64,000 nucleotides of DNA from Candidatus Melainabacteria bacterium 17Bon1m (GTDB lineage Bacteria; Cyanobacteriota; Vampirovibrionia; Obscuribacterales; Obscuribacteraceae). Each line of letters opens with the position of its first letter. Positions within the stretch are counted from its first letter, which is position 1. The notes below the pieces were generated by a model. It ran no database searches and was not told the origin of the DNA. It saw nothing but the letters and a program-made list of their open reading frames with translations. The stretch lies in contig JAVLKG010000003.1 of assembly GCA_032128875.1 (NCBI GenBank), positions 609,008 to 673,007 of the forward strand. The letters are read 5' to 3'. Shown here in pieces: positions 1 to 9,479 of this stretch. The position numbers were made by a program, and so were the translations under genes.

Positions 1-1792
1 GAATTCCTGTCTGGTCGCGCAGGTGAAGAAGCAAGGCTGCTATGGCATTTGGGATTGCCGGACTTGAGCACCTCAAAACTCTCACCCCATCTACCTCTTC
101 GCCGCGGACCACAAGCCGGTCTCCCACGAAATCAGAAGAGTCGCTGAGTTCGACTTCCAAAAAGATGAATTCAGCTTCTTCGAGTGTAAGTTTGTGCACT
201 TTGCGGGTTTCTTCCTCTTTCACGCCGTACCCGAGCCCATTGGGGCGGTGTGCAAGCAAGGTAATGTGCCCGGTGTTTTTCACGGATTCGGCAATGTAGC
301 GCAACGCCGTTGGGTCCAGCGATACTTCGCCTATTCGAAGTTCAACAGAGCGAATAGTCCGGGATATAAATGAAACGATGAGAATTGATCCGATGAAGAA
401 TGATGCGATGTGCAAACCTTCTGGGCGCTCAATCATGTTCATGATTGATGTATAGATGAACACAAGCGTAATTACGAAAAACGCGCGCGCCTGCAATTTG
501 TTCTTGAGTCGAACCGACAACAAAACAGCGAAGGCCGCAGATGTGATGAGCACCAACACGCCCGTAGCGTATGCGCCTGCTTGGGCGTCAACGTCGGCGC
601 GAAAGATGAGGGTTACGGCAAAAGCAACTGCGGTGAAGAAGAGAACCAGCGGTCTGACCGCCTTTGCCCATTCTGGCGCCATGCCGAATCGAGGTAGATA
701 TCGAGGGACTAAATTCAGCAGACCCGCCATTGCTGACGCACCGGCGAACCATAAAATAAGGATCGAGCTGATATCGTACAGCGACCCGAAGCCGTGTCCG
801 AAATAGAGATGCGCGAGGTAAGCGATTGCACGACCGTTTGCTTCGCCGCCATCGAGAAAGGCCTTCTCCGGGATTAGCAGAGTTGTGCAGAGCGAACTGA
901 CAAGAAGGAATCCGCTCATAATCAGCGCTGCTGTGACGAGCAGTTTGCGAGTGTTCTTCACCCTGCTCTCGAGCATGCTGTCAGTATCGCTCGCAGTATT
1001 GTCGCTTTTTACGAGCGGCATCACGGCCACACCAGTTTCGAATCCAGACATTCCCAAAGCTAGTTTTGGAAATAGAATCAGGCTAATTCCTATCATCATC
1101 CATGGTGAGCCATGTTGCACAAATAGCTTGTTTTGCCATTGTGTAATTAGCTGCGGATTCATAAATAAGTGATGCAGGCTTTCACCTAGAACCACAATAT
1201 TGAGCACCAGATATAGTGCTACAACGGCGACAGAAACACCGATCGCCTCACGAAATCCCAGCAAAAATATACCGCCGAGGATGGCAATCAGTAGGGTCGT
1301 AACGCCCACTCTGTCAAGCATCCAGGTAGGGAACATTTTCAAAACCGGATTTTCAACAATGTGCGCAGTGGCGTCAGCCGCCGATAGGGTAATAGTGATA
1401 ATGAAATCTGTAGCTGCAAATCCAAGCAATGTTAGAACAAGCGCTTTACCAAACCACCCTGGCAAGAGTCGCTCAAGCATTGCGATTGAGCCCTGCCCGT
1501 GTGGGCTTGCTTTGGCGACCATTCTATAAATCGGCAACGCGCCCGCCAGGGTCACAACGACGAGTACGAGTGTGGCGATTGGCGACAGCAGACCTGCGGC
1601 AATAAATGCAATGCCCGGCTGGTATCCGAGCGTGGAGAAATAGTCCACGCCGGTGAGGCACATCACCTTCCACCAGCTGGCTTGATGGTGCGCCTCTTGC
1701 TTTTTGTCACTCATTCCTTGAAACAGCCAACGCCGGAACTTGTTGCGAGTGTCAGTGGCGCGGTGTTCTTCAACTATGAATGTTGATGTCAT
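1..1792 (-). CDS. APC-superfamily amino acid/cation transporter (3' end runs off the window)
   Basis: Absent from the ORF track because it runs off the edge. Manual translation from ATG 1792 gives [10 protein letters not shown]...[50 protein letters not shown]..., with many hydrophobic segments. The + strand ORFs here are its antisense shadows. Confidence 0.85.
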   Translation of the reverse strand, partial: MTSTFIVEEHRATDTRNKFRRWLFQGMSDKKQEAHHQASWWKVMCLTGVDYFSTLGYQPGIAFIAAGLLSPIATLVLVVVTLAGALPIYRMVAKASPHGQGSIAMLERLLPGWFGKALVLTLLGFAATDFIITITLSAADATAHIVENPVLKMFPTWMLDRVGVTTLLIAILGGIFLLGFREAIGVSVAVVALYLVLNIVVLGESLHHLFMNPQLITQWQNKLFVQHGSPWMMIGISLILFPKLALGMSGFETGVAVMPLVKSDNTASDTDSMLESRVKNTRKLLVTAALIMSGFLLVSSLCTTLLIPEKAFLDGGEANGRAIAYLAHLYFGHGFGSLYDISSILILWFAGASAMAGLLNLVPRYLPRFGMAPEWAKAVRPLVLFFTAVAFAVTLIFRADVDAQAGAYATGVLVLITSAAFAVLLSVRLKNKLQARAFFVITLVFIYTSIMNMIERPEGLHIASFFIGSILIVSFISRTIRSVELRIGEVSLDPTALRYIAESVKNTGHITLLAHRPNGLGYGVKEEETRKVHKLTLEEAEFIFLEVELSDSSDFVGDRLVVRGEEVDGVRVLRCSSPAIPNAIAALLLHLRDQTGI

Positions 1793-1854
1793 TTTGGGTT
1801 GCCTTGGACTGCTCTTGCAGGCAGTCGCCTGGGTCTTTATCAAACCGCTCAACC

Positions 1855-1903
1855 CATAAAAAACTCATCAGTGGCTATAAAATGTGCATCAAAATTTCAT
1901 AAA
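1855..1903 (-). promoter_or_regulatory. Five phased TT(T/G)AT(G/A)-type direct repeats, likely OmpR/KdpE-family operator
   Basis: Minus strand TTTATG, TTGATG, TTTATA, CTGATG, TTTATG at 11/11/10/11-bp spacing, ~60-110 bp upstream of the transporter start. Confidence 0.55.
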
Positions 1904-2005
1904 GATTTTTCAGTGGAAGTCTCGAAAAGCCCCGGCTCTGCCTGCTTTCGTTGAAGCCTGATTTGATTTGCGCGTTAATGTGTTCATCAAGATGAAGAAC
2001 CCTGC

Positions 2006-2038
2006 AAAGAAAAAACCAGCGCAAAACGCGCTGGCTTT
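2006..2038 (-). terminator. Intrinsic terminator after the rhodanese/small-protein operon
   Basis: CCAGCGC-N5-GCGCTGG stem followed by TTTTTTCTTT on the minus strand. Confidence 0.75.
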
Positions 2039-2075
2039 CTCAATTATTCAATCCCACGTAGATGGGTTTGTAAGC

Positions 2076-2309
2076 CTACTTTGAGGTCTTTTCTGCTTCA
2101 GCCGGTTTGGAAGCGTCTGCAGCTTTTGCTACTTCAGCTTTATCTTCGCCTTTGGCTTCAGCTTTGGCTTTGTCTTTGCAGCAATCTTCAGTTGCTTCGG
2201 CTTTCTGCTTTTTGGAGCAGCATCCTTCGCCAGCTACTGCCGGAAGAACGGATGTGCCAACAAATGCGACTGCCAAAAGACTCAAAAGGGTTACATTGAC
2301 TTTCTTCAT
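2076..2309 (-). CDS. Small secreted protein with two Cys-Cys pairs
   Basis: Signal peptide (MKKVNVTLLSLLAVAF...AVA), GCCS and DCCK motifs, RBS AGGAG; lies between the rhodanese gene and the terminator. Confidence 0.7.
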   Translation of the reverse strand: MKKVNVTLLSLLAVAFVGTSVLPAVAGEGCCSKKQKAEATEDCCKDKAKAEAKGEDKAEVAKAADASKPAEAEKTSK

Positions 2310-2328
2310 GGACTTCTCCTGTTACCGA

Positions 2329-2742
2329 TTAACCACCGCAGCAAGAGCCCGCTTTGTGGGTTTGGCCTTCGCCTTCGATCTTGAGATCGCGCTCAGCCCA
2401 GCTGTCAAAACCGCCTACGAGCTCTCTGACCTTATAGCCCTTTTTGGCGAGCTCAAGAGCTGCCTGGGCTGAAAGGTGGCAAACGATGTCGTAGCAATAT
2501 ACGACTGTCGTTGTGTCCTTAGACAGTTTATCCAAGTTCTTGTCAAGTTCTTCGAATTTCAGGTTGATTGCGCCTGGAATGTGACCTTTCGCAAAGAGTT
2601 CAGGAGTGCGCAGGTCGACGATGGTCAACTTTTCGCCTCTTTCGATGGCCATTTTCAGACCGATAGGACCATATTCATAAGCCAGTTTTGCTTCGAAATA
2701 TGCTGCTGCGTCAACGATTTTGCTAGGTGCTTCAACGGCCAT
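2329..2742 (-). CDS. Rhodanese-like domain protein
   Basis: IVDLR...F..GHIPGAIN, VVYC, L.GGF..W motifs; RBS AAGGAGG; C-terminal GSCCGG. Confidence 0.9.
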   Translation of the reverse strand: MAVEAPSKIVDAAAYFEAKLAYEYGPIGLKMAIERGEKLTIVDLRTPELFAKGHIPGAINLKFEELDKNLDKLSKDTTTVVYCYDIVCHLSAQAALELAKKGYKVRELVGGFDSWAERDLKIEGEGQTHKAGSCCGG

Positions 2743-2890
2743 AGACCCTCCTTACACGATGGGACACATCGCGGTGGTGAATTAAAACTGCAACTGACCA
2801 CAATGGTAGTTTTTTACAGTGCGTTTTCGCAAGTAGGCACCGGAATGTAGTGTAGTATGCGTTGGGATACCACCCTTGCAGCCCAACTTG

Positions 2891-5830
2891 CTAGTACCAG
2901 CTTTTTCTGCTGAGACTTAGTTCTGGAGCGGCAAGAGGCTTCAATTCCAGCCTTAGATTGCTGACCGATAATGGTACTAGATCGGATGAGATTTTGATCA
3001 TCGCCACCGCAGAATCTCGATCTATAACGTGGGAGCGGGCGATTGCTTCCGTGCGGAACTGTCGCTTGCCCGTCCCTGGGATTCGTGCCGGATGGCAGGC
3101 TAGACTTTCGGCCGCTTGCATCAAACGAAGATCATTGAGGTGCATACTGGCGTCAATGGAGCTCGCGCAATCGACTTCACCGGTAAGTGTGATGCGCACA
3201 AAGCGTTCTTGCAATACTGTTGCCGGCAATTTGGCTACGCCGGTGAAGGTGGTGCTGCTCTCTTCTAGTTTTGCGCCACGTCGAACTTTGGACCGGCGCT
3301 CCGTTGAAGGATTTTGGCTGATGCTTACATATATAGGGTGGTAGTCGGAAGTTGATCCGCTAGCCCGCGCGTTCTCTTTTCCATCCATTGCCTGACCGGC
3401 AAGCAAGAACATATGGTATTGCCCGCTTTGTGTCCCCATCTCCGAGGATAGGTCCTTGTTGACACTGCCGTTGGTTTTTCGCACGGATGTTGCGCGAGCC
3501 ACTGATTGAGGCATTCTTTCTTTCAGCCTGGGCTCCATCGCAAAGGGAGATCTGCAGAGATTTGTCGGCGAGAAGATGTTGACGGATGGTGCCGAAATGA
3601 ATGTCGAATTTGGCTTCTTTGTCTTGTCACCATATGTGGTGCTGCCCGTGAGCCTGGCGGATCCACTCATTCCTTTTTCTGCAAAGAGCGCAATCGTATT
3701 TTGTGCGCCTGGTCTTAACGACCCGGGCTGAATTGCAAATGCCCGCCACTGATCGATTCCATCTGTTTCAGTCCTCAGAATATAACCGAAAGTTCGATAA
3801 TCATTGCTGAGGTCTGGAGAAGAACTCAATTGCAGCAGCGAAAGTGGTGCCGCATCGATTAACTTCTCATTGACTTTGAGCCGCGCGCCTCGCCAATCAC
3901 CCTTCAGGTTTACGAGCACGAACGCCTGTTCTGATGAATCAATAGAATCTGGCAAATCGATTATGCGAACAAACTCTTCTTTGTCACTGAGCCGAGCTTC
4001 CCAGTCCCAGGGACATTCTTTACCCGCCATCCCAGCTGCCAGAGAGAGTGTCAAAAGAAAGTAGGTACAAACGAGAGCCAGAACTTTTGCAGTCGTGTTT
4101 GATTTGCCCGAACCTAGCAGTGTGCGGACAGTAAGAAGGCAACCGATGAATAGAAGCAGCGCACCAAGAGACAGTGTCGATGCAATCATTGCTTCTGTGC
4201 TGGTAGCGAAGAGACCTCGCCAGACATCTTCCTTTAGGGTGAAAGCGATCATGATAAAAACAGCAGCAATGCTTAGCCTGAAAATGGCTAGTTTGCTGAT
4301 TCGCTGTTTTAGCTGACCTGATAAGCACCACAAGGCAAACAAAATTAGAGACGGCAGTGCTGTGAATCCATAACGACTATCAGCTACGAAGGGCAGATAG
4401 GCAGCGTGTCCGCAAATGATCGCAAGTGCTGCTAAACCGACAACAAGCGTAGAGAGCAAACTGGGTGTTGCAGTGGTTAAATCTGTTTTGGCATCCTTTC
4501 CCCTGCCGTTAGTTGCTGGGAGCAGCTCTGGATGCGGTTGTTTTGAGATTTGCGCTTCTGTGTCAGCGCTACTTCCACCGCTAGTTTCACCAATAGCTTT
4601 GTGAGCGTCTGTTTCTAACTGTGCGGCTGATTCAGGAGCAAATGTTTTACTAAGCGGTAGCGATATAAAAGCGAGTAAGCCGAAAAGACCAAAGACCGTG
4701 AGTATTTGGTGGGCAAACACCTGTACGCCGAGCGGGATACCGAGGAAATCGAGGCGGCAGTCATTCCAGGGAAACTGGAACAACCTCAGCGGTTTTCTAG
4801 CCATGCGCCCCCAGAAATCGCCTGGGTTCAAGTTGTAGATTGCGTATGCAACAGCTCCCGTTCCATCACTTTCAGAGAACATCTTCACCAGCGGTGTTTC
4901 AGGCAAAGCGCTCAATCCATCTGTCTCCGGGTTTAGACCGGCAGCTATGTTGTATGTAGGTAGTCGTTTGGCAGTCAGCGCAAACTCGCCGGTCGCCAGT
5001 TTTGTGAATATCAACCATGGAGTGAAGGCAAGGCAAAAGCCGAGGGCTGCTGCAACAAGCGAGGTGACGAATGAGCGTCGATCGACTCGCGATAAAAGGA
5101 TAATAGTAAAAACAGCCAATAGGGCGAGCACCGCTCCTGGTGCCAAGGCTGCTTTTACCAAAGCGAGTAAAGCGACTGAGCTTCCGAAGAAAAATGCAGC
5201 GAGTCCTGAGACTATCAGCTTTCCGTTGATGCGTGCTTTTGGCAGATAGCTGGCGCAAAGCAAGATTACACCAACCAACAGTATGGTAATTGTCTCTGTT
5301 AAAAAACGTCCTGCGCCAATAATCGCCGAGGGCCAAACAGCTAAGACAATTCCCGCGGACAGTCCAATCGCGCGTCTGCCGGTAAATCTCCAGCCGTCGA
5401 GAGCTAACACTGCCGCGCCAATGCCGTGAATGATTGCCTGAAAGACAATGGGAGCGCGTAAATCAATGAGGGAAGGCTCTCTGCCTGTGAGCGCGAAAAA
5501 TGCAGCGCCCAGTCCGGGCAGGATTGGTCCGTTCAGCATAAGTGTTTCACTTATGGATTTGATCGCTGTTTCAAAAGGCATGCCGTTGGCAAAATTGTGG
5601 GCTGCTGTCAGCACGTACTTGCAAGACATAATGTATGCGCCCGAATCGAAAAGCATCGCCACGTCCTGAGCGGGTTTTCGCGTGTTTTGCAAGTATGCGA
5701 GTGTAAAGCCAATGACAAAACAGCCCGCTGCGGCAAGCAAAGCAATTTCTTTTGCACTCAATTTGGCTTGCGGTTCGTCAGTTGTCGCTAACTGAGTCGC
5801 TTCCTCAATACCCGGCAGATTTTCATTCAT
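2891..5830 (-). CDS. Large polytopic membrane protein, GT-C (PMT/ArnT-like) glycosyltransferase-like, with soluble C-terminal region
   Basis: 979 aa, more than 10 hydrophobic segments, 'LTET..ILL' and 'RY..TALP' motifs typical of GT-C-like proteins. Confidence 0.6.
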   Translation of the reverse strand: MNENLPGIEEATQLATTDEPQAKLSAKEIALLAAAGCFVIGFTLAYLQNTRKPAQDVAMLFDSGAYIMSCKYVLTAAHNFANGMPFETAIKSISETLMLNGPILPGLGAAFFALTGREPSLIDLRAPIVFQAIIHGIGAAVLALDGWRFTGRRAIGLSAGIVLAVWPSAIIGAGRFLTETITILLVGVILLCASYLPKARINGKLIVSGLAAFFFGSSVALLALVKAALAPGAVLALLAVFTIILLSRVDRRSFVTSLVAAALGFCLAFTPWLIFTKLATGEFALTAKRLPTYNIAAGLNPETDGLSALPETPLVKMFSESDGTGAVAYAIYNLNPGDFWGRMARKPLRLFQFPWNDCRLDFLGIPLGVQVFAHQILTVFGLFGLLAFISLPLSKTFAPESAAQLETDAHKAIGETSGGSSADTEAQISKQPHPELLPATNGRGKDAKTDLTTATPSLLSTLVVGLAALAIICGHAAYLPFVADSRYGFTALPSLILFALWCLSGQLKQRISKLAIFRLSIAAVFIMIAFTLKEDVWRGLFATSTEAMIASTLSLGALLLFIGCLLTVRTLLGSGKSNTTAKVLALVCTYFLLTLSLAAGMAGKECPWDWEARLSDKEEFVRIIDLPDSIDSSEQAFVLVNLKGDWRGARLKVNEKLIDAAPLSLLQLSSSPDLSNDYRTFGYILRTETDGIDQWRAFAIQPGSLRPGAQNTIALFAEKGMSGSARLTGSTTYGDKTKKPNSTFISAPSVNIFSPTNLCRSPFAMEPRLKERMPQSVARATSVRKTNGSVNKDLSSEMGTQSGQYHMFLLAGQAMDGKENARASGSTSDYHPIYVSISQNPSTERRSKVRRGAKLEESSTTFTGVAKLPATVLQERFVRITLTGEVDCASSIDASMHLNDLRLMQAAESLACHPARIPGTGKRQFRTEAIARSHVIDRDSAVAMIKISSDLVPLSVSNLRLELKPLAAPELSLSRKSWY

Positions 5831-5838
5831 TTTTTCTG

Positions 5839-7029
5839 CTAGTGAGTCGTGGTCAGAGCGCTGCCGACCGAGTGATTGAGCGCTAATTCACTGCTGAGGA
5901 GTCTGAAAAACTCAACGCCCCCTAAGCCATTCAGGTGGACAGTGTCAGCGAAATGTTTTTGCTCGAAAGCATTTGGTTTGTTCAAATCGAGAAAGTCAGC
6001 ATCATTGGCTGCAGCCATCGCGCCAACTTTGTTTTTGAACTCGTTGTAAAAGCCCGGCGGCATCAGCGCCACATTACCTGGCGTAAGCGGCATGTTTACC
6101 ACTACCAGTCGAATCCCGCGCTCTTTTGCGAGTTTCATCAGTTTTTCCAAATAGCCAAGTTGGCTCGTGTAAGTCTTCTGTTTTATGTGCGCATAACGTT
6201 GGCGATATTCCGCAGTGTTATCTCGAAATGGTTCGAATTCAGAGCCGTATGGAGCAATCTTCAATTCATTCGAGCCGCTGTCATCAGGCATTTCGCTATA
6301 GGCTATCTTCCGCAGTTCGAATGGCGTGCACAACTCATTTTTTGTGATTGCATTCTGTCCATAAGGAGCTAGCGTGTATGCGATTTTGTGTTGCCAGGCA
6401 AGTAGATTTGGACGTCGAGACAAGGTGTAAATGACCTTTTCCAAGCCGAATTGGAAGAGTTCGTTGAAGGAGCTTCGCGCGGATACCGCGATATCAGACA
6501 AATCATCAATTCTGCTCAGGTACTTAAAAGTCTCAGTACTGGCTGCGCTTGGAAGGGTGTTGTCCATCAAATCTCGAGGCGCGATGCCATAAATAATGAC
6601 TTTCGGCTGTTTGGGTCCGACTAGAAGCGAACGCGCGATTAGATAAGAATCTGACGCCATCTGTCCGGCGATAGCGAAGCTGAAAGTGGAAGGCTTTTGC
6701 CCGGTCTTCTCGCTAAGAAAGTCTTGGAGACAGGTTGAGTGAAAATGACTGACTTCGCTTTGAACTTTGTTGAGCTTGGTGGCATCGCCTGCGTGGTGAG
6801 CGGTCATCATAAGCGAGGAGCCCAGTAGCGCAATGTCGGGTGCAGTATTTTCATTTGCAAACCCATTTACCGTCCACCAAATCAGGCTTCGATTGGGCGA
6901 ATCCAGTGGATTTGTAATATGAAAAGTCTTGTCCGCAAGTCGAAATCCCAAATCCAAAACAAGCAACATCACCAATCCCAGCAAAACATAACTGGAGAGG
7001 AATGCCTTAGCTCGGAAGTTTTTTACCAT
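5839..7029 (-). CDS. SGNH-like (DUF1574/DltD-like) protein, MBOAT partner
   Basis: N-terminal TM anchor, LLGSS block and C-terminal DTVHLN (DxxH). Confidence 0.7.
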   Translation of the reverse strand: MVKNFRAKAFLSSYVLLGLVMLLVLDLGFRLADKTFHITNPLDSPNRSLIWWTVNGFANENTAPDIALLGSSLMMTAHHAGDATKLNKVQSEVSHFHSTCLQDFLSEKTGQKPSTFSFAIAGQMASDSYLIARSLLVGPKQPKVIIYGIAPRDLMDNTLPSAASTETFKYLSRIDDLSDIAVSARSSFNELFQFGLEKVIYTLSRRPNLLAWQHKIAYTLAPYGQNAITKNELCTPFELRKIAYSEMPDDSGSNELKIAPYGSEFEPFRDNTAEYRQRYAHIKQKTYTSQLGYLEKLMKLAKERGIRLVVVNMPLTPGNVALMPPGFYNEFKNKVGAMAAANDADFLDLNKPNAFEQKHFADTVHLNGLGGVEFFRLLSSELALNHSVGSALTTTH

Positions 7030-7033
7030 TGAT

Positions 7034-8500
7034 TTAGAACTGGAAGTAAATGAATTTTGGAGATTTGTCCGGTGAAAAAACCAGAATCATAAGCATCAAA
7101 GCGCAGCACCATGCCGCTTTGACTAGACGAGGAGAGTTTTCCACCCACTTCGTTTTATCAACATAGCCCATGATGATGTGCGAAAGAGCCAGCACTGGAA
7201 GCAGCAAGAATATTGCAGGGTAGATAAGCGGATAGTTGATTGCCGGAAGTGCCATTGCAAAGGCAGGAGCGTTGCCGGCAATCGAATCGATGAAAAACAG
7301 CTTGCGCAGCATATCTCCAGCAATAGTCAGAGTGTCGGCACGGAAAAGAACCCAGCCGATGCAGACTACATGGAAGGTAAACAACGTCGAAAGTACTGTG
7401 CCGACTTTTGAATCTATTGCTGCGGAAAGCCACCCGTGCCCGCGATCTGCAAGCCAGGTCCTTCCTTCTTTGAACATCTTGTGCAGCCCCAGCATAGCCC
7501 CGTGGAACACTCCCCATATAAGGAAGTGCATGGAAGCTCCGTGCCAAAGTCCGCCCAAGCTCATGGTGATCATGAGGTTGCGATAGACATTCCAGCGAGA
7601 GCCTCGAGAACCGCCCAGCGGAATGAAAAGATAATCGCGCAGCCAGGTCGAGAGGGAAATATGCCAGCGGTGCCAAAACTCTGCGATATTTTTCGCGAGA
7701 TACGGCAAGTTGAAGTTGATCGGTACTTTGTAGCCGAACAACATCGCTGAGCCGCGAGCAATATCCGTATAACCGGAGAAATCGAAGTAGATTTGAAACG
7801 CGAATGCGTATGTGAAAATCCAGAGATCAAGGCTATTGAAGAGTTCTGGGTGTTGAAACCCGCCTTGAACAAAGAACGCCAGATTGTCTGCAAGCAATAC
7901 CTTTTTGAAGAGTCCAAGTAAAATCAATGAAACGCCGGAATCGAGATCCTTTATAGAAAACTTGGCCGGCGAGAGAAATTGCGGGATGAAGTCCTGAAAT
8001 CGCTTAATCGGTCCTGCAATTTGTGTGGGGAAAAAGCTTGCGAATAGTGAGAATGCGAGGAATGACTTAATTGGCTCGCTGCCTCTATAAACGTCGACAA
8101 CGTAGTGGATAAACTCGAAGACGAAGAATGAAATACCCAAGGGCAAGATAATGTCGAATGGCATCGCCGGCGGTGCCATTCCAATCGGCTTCAGTGCAGA
8201 AATCAATACGTCGTTTAGGAAGTATGCGTACTTGAAGAAGCTCAGAGTTAAGAGGTTTGTCGCGACAGCCGCGAAGAGCCAGGGCTTTTTGTTCTTCTCT
8301 GACTTATGGATCCTGAAACCAAAGAAGTAATTTACTGCCGTGAGTCCAATGATAAGCAGGATAAATGCTGGTCTCCAGCTCATGTAGAAGATGTAGCTGG
8401 CAATCAACAAAATCGGCACGCGCAGCTTTATTGGGCTCGCCCAGTAGAGTGCGACAACGATTGGCAAGAAAAGCGCGTAAGTCAGCGAATTGAATAACAT
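7034..8500 (-). CDS. MBOAT O-acyltransferase, AlgI/DltB family
   Basis: MLFNS start (ATG 8500), LPLGISFF, YFDFSGYTD, FWHRWHISLS.WLRDY, GLWHGA, FIYFQF end. Confidence 0.93.
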   Translation of the reverse strand: MLFNSLTYALFLPIVVALYWASPIKLRVPILLIASYIFYMSWRPAFILLIIGLTAVNYFFGFRIHKSEKNKKPWLFAAVATNLLTLSFFKYAYFLNDVLISALKPIGMAPPAMPFDIILPLGISFFVFEFIHYVVDVYRGSEPIKSFLAFSLFASFFPTQIAGPIKRFQDFIPQFLSPAKFSIKDLDSGVSLILLGLFKKVLLADNLAFFVQGGFQHPELFNSLDLWIFTYAFAFQIYFDFSGYTDIARGSAMLFGYKVPINFNLPYLAKNIAEFWHRWHISLSTWLRDYLFIPLGGSRGSRWNVYRNLMITMSLGGLWHGASMHFLIWGVFHGAMLGLHKMFKEGRTWLADRGHGWLSAAIDSKVGTVLSTLFTFHVVCIGWVLFRADTLTIAGDMLRKLFFIDSIAGNAPAFAMALPAINYPLIYPAIFLLLPVLALSHIIMGYVDKTKWVENSPRLVKAAWCCALMLMILVFSPDKSPKFIYFQF

Positions 8501-8582
8501 TTGAATCCTGGAAAAACGTGCATTTGGGATTCCAAAACTTGTCAATAATACTTGGGACAGGCTCTGCGGTCCTTAATCACAG

Positions 8583-8620
8583 CAAAGCAAAAGACCCGGC
8601 GATCCTAAGGGCCGGGTCTT
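8583..8620 (-). terminator. Intrinsic terminator
   Basis: AAGACCCGGC-N10-GCCGGGTCTT perfect 10-bp stem followed by TTGCTTTG. Confidence 0.75.
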
Positions 8621-8745
8621 CAAAATTAGTTTTTAAACGGAAGTTGCGGTGATTTCGCTAAACGGAAAGGGTCTTTAGACCACAGGTACTTGGAATACAG
8701 CTCCTTGTGAATGGAAAGTAGTCGGAGTTGGACCTTACACGCGCT

Positions 8746-9000
8746 TCATAGTGCTAATGGGCACTCTGTCAGTTCTTTCCACTTCCGGCTGAGCAAATCA
8801 GTCAAAGCTTCCAGAGTATTGGTGATTCCGGAATCATGTTCTTCGTTGCCGTTGATGCGGATTCTTGGTGATGACTGGCTGCTGGTTTCGACCAGCTCGA
8901 CGGGAATCGGAAGGCGCTCTTCAGCAATCACCTTCTCCAAAGTATCCCGGACACTGGAATACGAGTTGCAACCGGGTCTGTAAATGAGCTCTACCCGCAT
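8746..9000 (-). CDS. Small thioredoxin-fold-like protein
   Basis: Strong RBS GAGGAGG before ATG 9000; MRVELIYRPGCNSY...SPRIRING resembles small Trx-like proteins. Confidence 0.7.
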   Translation of the reverse strand: MRVELIYRPGCNSYSSVRDTLEKVIAEERLPIPVELVETSSQSSPRIRINGNEEHDSGITNTLEALTDLLSRKWKELTECPLAL

Positions 9001-9479
9001 ATGATGAAACCTCCTCTCTGCAAAATGAGTGAAAAGGGGATTCCGTGGGCTTCCAGAGAAGCTCACCAAAAATAAAGGAAACCTTAACGCCTTACTTGAG
9101 AGAAGTATAAGCGCAAATTATCAGTTGCCAATATTAATATCCGGGCGAAATGGTTAATCTGCTCTAAGAGAGCTGAAAAGCAAAGCAGGAAGCTTTAGAC
9201 AAAGCTTCCCGGGGGAAGAAGGGGCGCAGGATTGTTTTCTCTCTGTGTCTTATATTCCCTGGTCTTGGCAACTCAAACCTACTTGCTCGATAAAATTTGC
9301 AGTCGGCTGCAGAAACCGCGATGCCTGGAAGAAACTTGCTCAGGGTGCAAAGAAAGCAATTCGGCGTTTGGTGCCGGTTGTTGAAGCAAGACGAATCGAG
9401 TTTTGACCATTTGTTTGGGAAAGTTCGATTACTTAACTCGTTCAAAACCGGCACCAGCAGCTTTATGGCATCACCTGTT

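Noticed and set aside
42-1786. Series of + strand ORFs
   Set aside because: Antisense shadows of the minus-strand transporter.
2861-2887. T-box-like AAGGGTGGTATCCC on the minus strand
   Set aside because: No downstream terminator or upstream Stem I, it lies right after a stop codon, and the downstream gene is unrelated. More likely a small hairpin.
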